Shown here: piece after piece, positions 59,221 through 64,000 of the stretch
Position numbering within the stretch: position 1 is the first letter of the stretch
How the letters are laid out: each line of letters starts with the position of its first letter
Source: Candidatus Omnitrophota bacterium
GTDB taxonomy: Bacteria > Omnitrophota > Gorgyraeia > Zapsychrales > JANLHA01
Reading direction: 5' to 3'
Assembly: GCA_031423615.1 (NCBI GenBank)
Contig: JANPFV010000082.1
Location: 4,208-68,207 of the forward strand
Length of the DNA stretch: 64,000 bases
The notes under the pieces: generated by a model
Told to the model about the DNA's origin: nothing
What the model saw: only the letters and a program-made list of their open reading frames with translations
The model's database searches: none
Program-made: the position numbers and the translations under genes

Positions 59221-60306
59221 TTACTTACTTCCCTTCTCTGGCACACGTTTTGGCACAAAACCCAAGTCTATTGTTGTTACTTTCAGCCCTTGTTTGACCG
59301 CTTCCTTTGAGCTGTGGGCATAATGTTCAAGGATCGTCCGGGTGTCCTTATGGCCCGTTATAGACTTAATAACCTCCGTGTTCCCTGTCTGGTCAAGAAG
59401 GTTAGTAACAACCCGGTGGCGAAAAATATGCGGGGAGATCGGCTTCGTGATACCACATCTTTTAGCGGCCCATTTTACGCGCTCGTAAATTTTATTTCTG
59501 CCCTGCAAATTGCCTCTCCTGCTTGGAAAAACAAGACCTTTGGGATGATACAGTTTTCGTTTTCTTAACTGGTGAAAGTGTTCCGCTAAGATCATGACAT
59601 CCTGCTCTTGAAGATCGTGGGCACGTTCCACACCCGTTTTGGTTTCGCGGATATAGATTTTATTTGCCTCTAAATCGACGTCGCTGACTCGCAAATGCCT
59701 CAACTCGTCTCTGCGCCATCCCCACGTTGCCATCAAATAGACCCAAGGGAAAGTGATGATGTCGTTCTTCTGAAACCACAAAAGGATATTCTTAACCTCA
59801 ACATCTGTGGGAATCTGTACGACCTTCTTCACTTCTTTTAAATATCGTATGTTCTGGATAGGAGACTGATCAAAAATTTTGTCCTTAACAGCTTGGCAGA
59901 AAATTATCCTTAAATTACGAAGGTCACAGTTGATGCCGGCGGCGGAACGAGGCTTAGGCTTCGTCGTTTCTTGAGCATGGATATAATCACGGATCAAATT
60001 CTCGGTTATATCCTTTAAAGATATATCTCCGCAACTGGCTAGAAATCTGCTGAAACTGAGGGCTGTAAATTCACAGCGGATCTTCGTCGAAGGAGTCTTG
60101 TATCTCTTTTCAATGAACATAGCGGCAAAATCTGAAAACTTCAGGTCTTTCCGGGGCGGTTGTGTCCCCTCAACCTCACGACGTGTCGCCTCCTTGCGGG
60201 CGGCGGCTTGCGTATATTTATCAAAAGGTAATGGGTCATAATACCTAACGCCCTTAACACGCCACCAGATTTGCCAGTATCCTTTTCTTTTACGAACTCC
60301 GGCCAT
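59221..60306 (-). CDS. Tyrosine recombinase/integrase
   Basis: GWRRDEL (R), TKTG (K), HIFRH, GH, HY catalytic set; ATG 60306 after GAGGAG. Confidence 0.93.
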   Translation of the reverse strand: MAGVRKRKGYWQIWWRVKGVRYYDPLPFDKYTQAAARKEATRREVEGTQPPRKDLKFSDFAAMFIEKRYKTPSTKIRCEFTALSFSRFLASCGDISLKDITENLIRDYIHAQETTKPKPRSAAGINCDLRNLRIIFCQAVKDKIFDQSPIQNIRYLKEVKKVVQIPTDVEVKNILLWFQKNDIITFPWVYLMATWGWRRDELRHLRVSDVDLEANKIYIRETKTGVERAHDLQEQDVMILAEHFHQLRKRKLYHPKGLVFPSRRGNLQGRNKIYERVKWAAKRCGITKPISPHIFRHRVVTNLLDQTGNTEVIKSITGHKDTRTILEHYAHSSKEAVKQGLKVTTIDLGFVPKRVPEKGSK

Positions 60307-60466
60307 CGCTCTCCTCAGAACAAGCCTTGAGGACTTGTTCAACATCAAAACGTCGGTGCTTCCCTATCCTAAGAGATTTAATTTTACCTTCCCGCACGTA
60401 TCGCATTACACTTGACGCTGGAACTTTTAGAATCTTCGCGATCCCCTCAACATCTGTGATGTGCAT
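60290..60466 (-). CDS. Excisionase-like HTH protein (below the ORF-track cutoff)
   Basis: Own translation MHITDVEGIAKILKVPASSVMRYVREGKIKSLRIGKHRRFDVEQVLKACSEESDGRSS; SD GGAGG. Confidence 0.88.
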   Translation of the reverse strand: MHITDVEGIAKILKVPASSVMRYVREGKIKSLRIGKHRRFDVEQVLKACSEESDGRSS

Positions 60467-60504
60467 TGGCTTCCTCCATAGTTATTTGCTTGTCTCGGCC
60501 ATTC

Positions 60505-60590
60505 TTTCTTGTCTAACAAGTAAGAATATATCCTAAAGCGTGGCGAATGTCAAGCAACTTTCTTGACTAGAAGGTAAGAAATGCTATGAT
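60505..60590. promoter_or_regulatory. Divergent promoters with two related operator palindromes
   Basis: TTTCTTGTCTAACAAGTAAGAA and TTTCTTGACTAGAAGGTAAGAA; minus TTGACA-17-TATATT, plus TTGACT-16-TATGAT. Confidence 0.75.
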
Positions 60591-60596
60591 TGGGTT

Positions 60597-60962
60597 ATGC
60601 GAAAATCGGAATATCCAAAAGAGGCCAAGACTCTCGGCCAAAGAATAAGAAAGAAGAGGATGGATTTAGGCTATACTCTGCTCGAAGTAGCAAAGGCGGC
60701 ACAAATAAGTGAAGGTTATCTTTCGCGGATCGAAGCAGACAAACAGATTCCGAACAGCCTTGTTGCTACCCGTCTTGCAAAAAAACTCGAGGACGATGTC
60801 AATTTTTATTTAATGGCGTCATTAAAAACAGACTTATCGACCGATATATTAAAGGAGATACTCAAGCGAATGGAAAAGTCCCCCTCCACGCCTGAAAGTG
60901 AAGTGCTAAAAACTATATTGGAGCAATTTCTGCCAAAGAAAACTCCCAAAAAACTTAAATAA
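60597..60962 (+). CDS. XRE-family HTH repressor
   Basis: LGQRIRKKR...TLLEVAKAAQISEGYLSRIE. Confidence 0.9.
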   Translation: MRKSEYPKEAKTLGQRIRKKRMDLGYTLLEVAKAAQISEGYLSRIEADKQIPNSLVATRLAKKLEDDVNFYLMASLKTDLSTDILKEILKRMEKSPSTPESEVLKTILEQFLPKKTPKKLK

Positions 60963-60967
60963 AACTA

Positions 60968-61345
60968 TCACCGCATAATACTTTTTTCTGCCAATTGTGC
61001 CGCAATCTTTAAACTTGCCACTTCATCAAATAAATCTTTACCGCTAATCCCTGCATGAGCTAAATTTTTGCTGGTAGGGATATGATCTACGGCTAATCCC
61101 AACTTGAGAGGTTCTTCTACAACAAGCTCAGCAATCTTAAAGATTCTTCCCGGATTATTAGGATCACGACGAGAAATTTCTAATTTGGCTCGTTCCGCCC
61201 AATCAACAGATAAATATTCCTCTTTTTTATTATCCCTAATCCGCAATAAATATGTCCCCTCTGTGCATTTCCCTGTGCGAGAGTCATAATTTACGCTAGA
61301 CACTCTCCGATGGAGATGATTATCATTCGGTATTTTCTCTACCAT
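60968..61345 (-). CDS. Hypothetical protein, ADP-ribosyltransferase/RES-like motif pattern
   Basis: LHRRV...YLSVDW...AHAGI; ATG 61345 overlaps the upstream TGA (TGATG). Fold assignment is inference. Confidence 0.6.
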   Translation of the reverse strand: MVEKIPNDNHLHRRVSSVNYDSRTGKCTEGTYLLRIRDNKKEEYLSVDWAERAKLEISRRDPNNPGRIFKIAELVVEEPLKLGLAVDHIPTSKNLAHAGISGKDLFDEVASLKIAAQLAEKSIMR

Positions 61346-61839
61346 CAATATCGACCCGCCCATTTCTTAAAAATGATCAATAACTCGGGCATAGAGCCAA
61401 CCTTGCTACCCTCCCTGACACCCATTACGGATTCCAAATAAATATAGTGTTCTTCTTTAGCGGTAAACCAGACAAGGAACTCGCTGTTATTCTTATACCA
61501 CTTCAAGAGAATGCCTCCATTAGGCTCAGGGGATACTGAAGGGAGCTTTAAAATTAAATTTTTATCTTCAGCTACTTTAGAAATAAAATAGTGCGCCTTG
61601 GCGATTGCATCGACGGTAATTTTTGTAGCCCCATAAGAATCCCAATCCTCACCCAAATTATTTAAATCAAGGATCTTCGATATAATTTCATGGCGAATGC
61701 GAAGATCTATCGAATTGATTTGGGCTTTAAGAATCTGAATATCTAACTCAGAAATAACTGAATGGGTTCTTCCCGTATTCGATATATCAATTTGATCATA
61801 ACGCATACTCGGGAGATCGTAGCTGATTATACTTTCCAT
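61345..61839 (-). CDS. Hypothetical protein with LGEDWDSYGA and P.PNGGILLKW motifs
   Basis: 164-aa ORF coupled to both neighbours. Confidence 0.75.
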   Translation of the reverse strand: MESIISYDLPSMRYDQIDISNTGRTHSVISELDIQILKAQINSIDLRIRHEIISKILDLNNLGEDWDSYGATKITVDAIAKAHYFISKVAEDKNLILKLPSVSPEPNGGILLKWYKNNSEFLVWFTAKEEHYIYLESVMGVREGSKVGSMPELLIIFKKWAGRY

Positions 61840-61840
61840 A

Positions 61841-62575
61841 CTAGTCCCACCTTGGGTTGAAATATTGATCTATAAAGTCTTTTTTAAATACCGCAAAGAA
61901 TAATTTCTTTTCAAACAAATGCGCCCCCTCGATCAAATCCATCAAACTATTATCCTGTAAATGTAAAGAGAACGCATCTATGTCGACCAAGGATCCAACA
62001 CTTACTTTTTCATTCTCAACTTTTCGGGTATTATTGGACAGCATGATTGTTGCCTGAAAATTCTGATATTCTAAATTTATTCTAAAATCGACCTTTTCTT
62101 CAACAATTGGCATTCCATCCATCGACAAAACAATATTGACTTTGTCTAAAATATTGTAGTCAAAAGTGTTCAAATAACGAATCCCCAACCTCTGATACTG
62201 ACTTACCACACCTGTGGATTTCAGCCGTTCAGCCATATCTCGGACTTTATCTTTTAACGACGCCCAGCCCATATAATTTTTCTGATTCACCAAAGAAATG
62301 ACTCGTCCACCAATCTGCAAAATTAACTGGTCATTTGTTAATTGCTTTAATGGTAAATACCGAAGTTGTGGATCTTGGTCACGAATAGCAGAAGGAAACT
62401 GTGCAAGAGGAAGGTCGTTGCTTTTGGGATAATCCTTACCAAATTCTAAAAATAGCTTATCAACAACGGCTTGATGGGACAACTCGCTTTCAAAACGAAT
62501 TTCTACTATAGCTTCCAGAATAGGAGCTGGATCGAGTTTTGTCGCCACCTTTGTTTTTTCTAAATCGAATATCAT
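61841..62575 (-). CDS. TIGR04255-like family protein
   Basis: APILEAIVEIRF, Y.GW, RLGIRYLN, LVDIDAF, H..EK.LF motifs. Confidence 0.75.
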   Translation of the reverse strand: MIFDLEKTKVATKLDPAPILEAIVEIRFESELSHQAVVDKLFLEFGKDYPKSNDLPLAQFPSAIRDQDPQLRYLPLKQLTNDQLILQIGGRVISLVNQKNYMGWASLKDKVRDMAERLKSTGVVSQYQRLGIRYLNTFDYNILDKVNIVLSMDGMPIVEEKVDFRINLEYQNFQATIMLSNNTRKVENEKVSVGSLVDIDAFSLHLQDNSLMDLIEGAHLFEKKLFFAVFKKDFIDQYFNPRWD

Positions 62576-62782
62576 AAATTTTATGTTTGAATTATACCAT
62601 TCTGCATATTGCTACACAATCATACACTAGCTTTTGTTTTTTACAAAATGAAACCCGACGCAACATTCTCTTTGAGTTGAATAAACGAACGTATTTGCAA
62701 CAGGCGGGAAAGTGCTTATTATGTGCGGAGATTTTTATACCCTTTATTCAACACGATATATTTTCATAAATGTCTTCTTAAA

Positions 62783-64000
62783 TCATCCAGCTGAACTTGC
62801 CGCTAATTCGGGCTCTCGGGCTGGCTCCTTAGGTGCTTGCCCTAAAAAAATAGGCAATGTCTGTGCGTTAACTGGCACAATATTGATGATGATGGGAAAT
62901 AGTCCTTGAATATTGATCTGCTCTAAATTCTGTTGCGGCAATGGCAACGGCACACCTTTACCATCGCGCTTGATTTGCAAATTCATATTCGTCGGGTCAA
63001 AGTCGATACCGCCGACGGCTGCAGATGAAGAAGTAGCTGCCCCACTAGCTTCTCCACTTATCGGCGCTGAGGCGGCCTTCCCATTATTGACCCCACTCGA
63101 GGCGGCGGCATTCGGAAAGAATATCCGCACAATAAGTCGCGGGTCGACCCTATATTTCGAACCAATTGCGCCGTAATCACCAAATCTGCCAATTTTCTCG
63201 GCGGTGATACCGCTAACGCTCATGAGACTACGGCCATTTTCGTCGACTAAATCACCAGAAAGATTAGTAAGCAATTTCGGATCAAATGCCGACTGATCCC
63301 GAGTACTTCTATGCGTTGTAAAAAAAAGCCCTACCCTTCCACCTAAAAAATACTCTGGGAACTTTAAAGCCAAAGCCAATTGTTGGTGGGTTAAACCGAC
63401 CGACCGCACATATTCATCGTCGGCTATCATTTGCTCTCTTTCCTCAGGGTAGACTATTTGTCCGTTTATCGACACTAACGATTCGAGTTGTCCGGGTTCC
63501 CAGACAGTCTGCGCAGGGGCAGCTTCATATAATCCTAATTCCAAACCGATTGATCCACGCAAAGGTATGTTGCCTGCACTAAAGTTTTGGTCATTAGGGA
63601 GTTCTTGCGTGTACGTTTCTTTAAAAGCCGGGTTCAAATTTAAAATATGCGGTATTCCGCCTGCCTTAGTTAATATATACATTTTTCCATTTTCGGCGCG
63701 AGGTTGACTTGTAAAAGCAATGACATCGTCCAGAAGAATATCAAAAACATTGGGTTCTTCACCATCTTTTCCAGCTTCAACATGTATTGCATTGTTTCTT
63801 ATTTCCAAGACCCTTATATCGGTCATAAAGCGGGGTAATTCTTTCAGCCGTTCTAATGTCGCTTCAGCCTGCTCAACAGTGAGCGATGGTCTTTGCATTA
63901 AAGATTCTGCTGAAACGGCAGAAACGTACTGGACAGGTCCTTTTGTATAATCGCCCTTTGGTGCCGGAGTAACCACTCCTGATACCTGAAATACCGGCGG
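62783..64000 (-). CDS. C-terminal part of a large protein ending in a GGID...LQIKRDG.GVPLP motif (5' end outside the window)
   Basis: Frame open to position 64000; Ala/Ser linker then GGIDFDPTNMNLQIKRDGKGVPLPLPQQNLEQINIQGLFPIIINIVPV. Confidence 0.8.
   Translation of the reverse strand, partial: PPVFQVSGVVTPAPKGDYTKGPVQYVSAVSAESLMQRPSLTVEQAEATLERLKELPRFMTDIRVLEIRNNAIHVEAGKDGEEPNVFDILLDDVIAFTSQPRAENGKMYILTKAGGIPHILNLNPAFKETYTQELPNDQNFSAGNIPLRGSIGLELGLYEAAPAQTVWEPGQLESLVSINGQIVYPEEREQMIADDEYVRSVGLTHQQLALALKFPEYFLGGRVGLFFTTHRSTRDQSAFDPKLLTNLSGDLVDENGRSLMSVSGITAEKIGRFGDYGAIGSKYRVDPRLIVRIFFPNAAASSGVNNGKAASAPISGEASGAATSSSAAVGGIDFDPTNMNLQIKRDGKGVPLPLPQQNLEQINIQGLFPIIINIVPVNAQTLPIFLGQAPKEPAREPELAASSAG

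Larger units (their letters stand above)
59189..64000. mobile_element. Left end of a tRNA-Leu-integrated genomic island/prophage-like element
   Basis: Tyrosine integrase abutting the tRNA 3' end, excisionase, divergent XRE repressor, AT-richer accessory genes; far att site not in the window. Confidence 0.8.

Overview
Bacterial chromosomal window, about 59 kb of mostly minus-strand housekeeping genes followed by the left end of a tRNA-integrated mobile element. The C-terminal 'GGIDF...LQIKRDGKGVPLP' motif and the gene content suggest Candidatus Omnitrophota; this is an inference. Core content: sugar ABC ATPase, a glf/GT2/GT-C glycosylation cassette, accD, a heat-shock locus (hrcA-grpE-dnaK-dnaJ, HspR-like regulator, hsp20, clpB, two CIRCE boxes), miaA-hflX, a long pur operon running into tsaC/ywlE-rpiB-glyA-nrdR, tatAC, pgi, and a BirA-boxed operon nifS-birA-bioF-bioH-bioC-bioDA-mnmA with no bioB. 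From 58.8 kb come tRNA-Ala(GGC), flanked by two different tandem repeat arrays, and tRNA-Leu(CAA). Next is an integrase/excisionase/XRE switch, a tightly coupled three-gene cassette (TIGR04255-like + 'DWDSYGA' protein + ART/RES-like protein; the best candidate for an undescribed toxin-antitoxin or defence system), and the C-terminus of a large GGID-motif protein. Other notable unannotated signals: a stand-alone transcription unit for a 16-aa Lys/Ala peptide, a candidate sRNA, a dispersed hairpin repeat family (4 copies, one translated in-frame in bioH) and repeated leaderless-promoter architecture. All calls are from motif recognition by eye; no searches were run.
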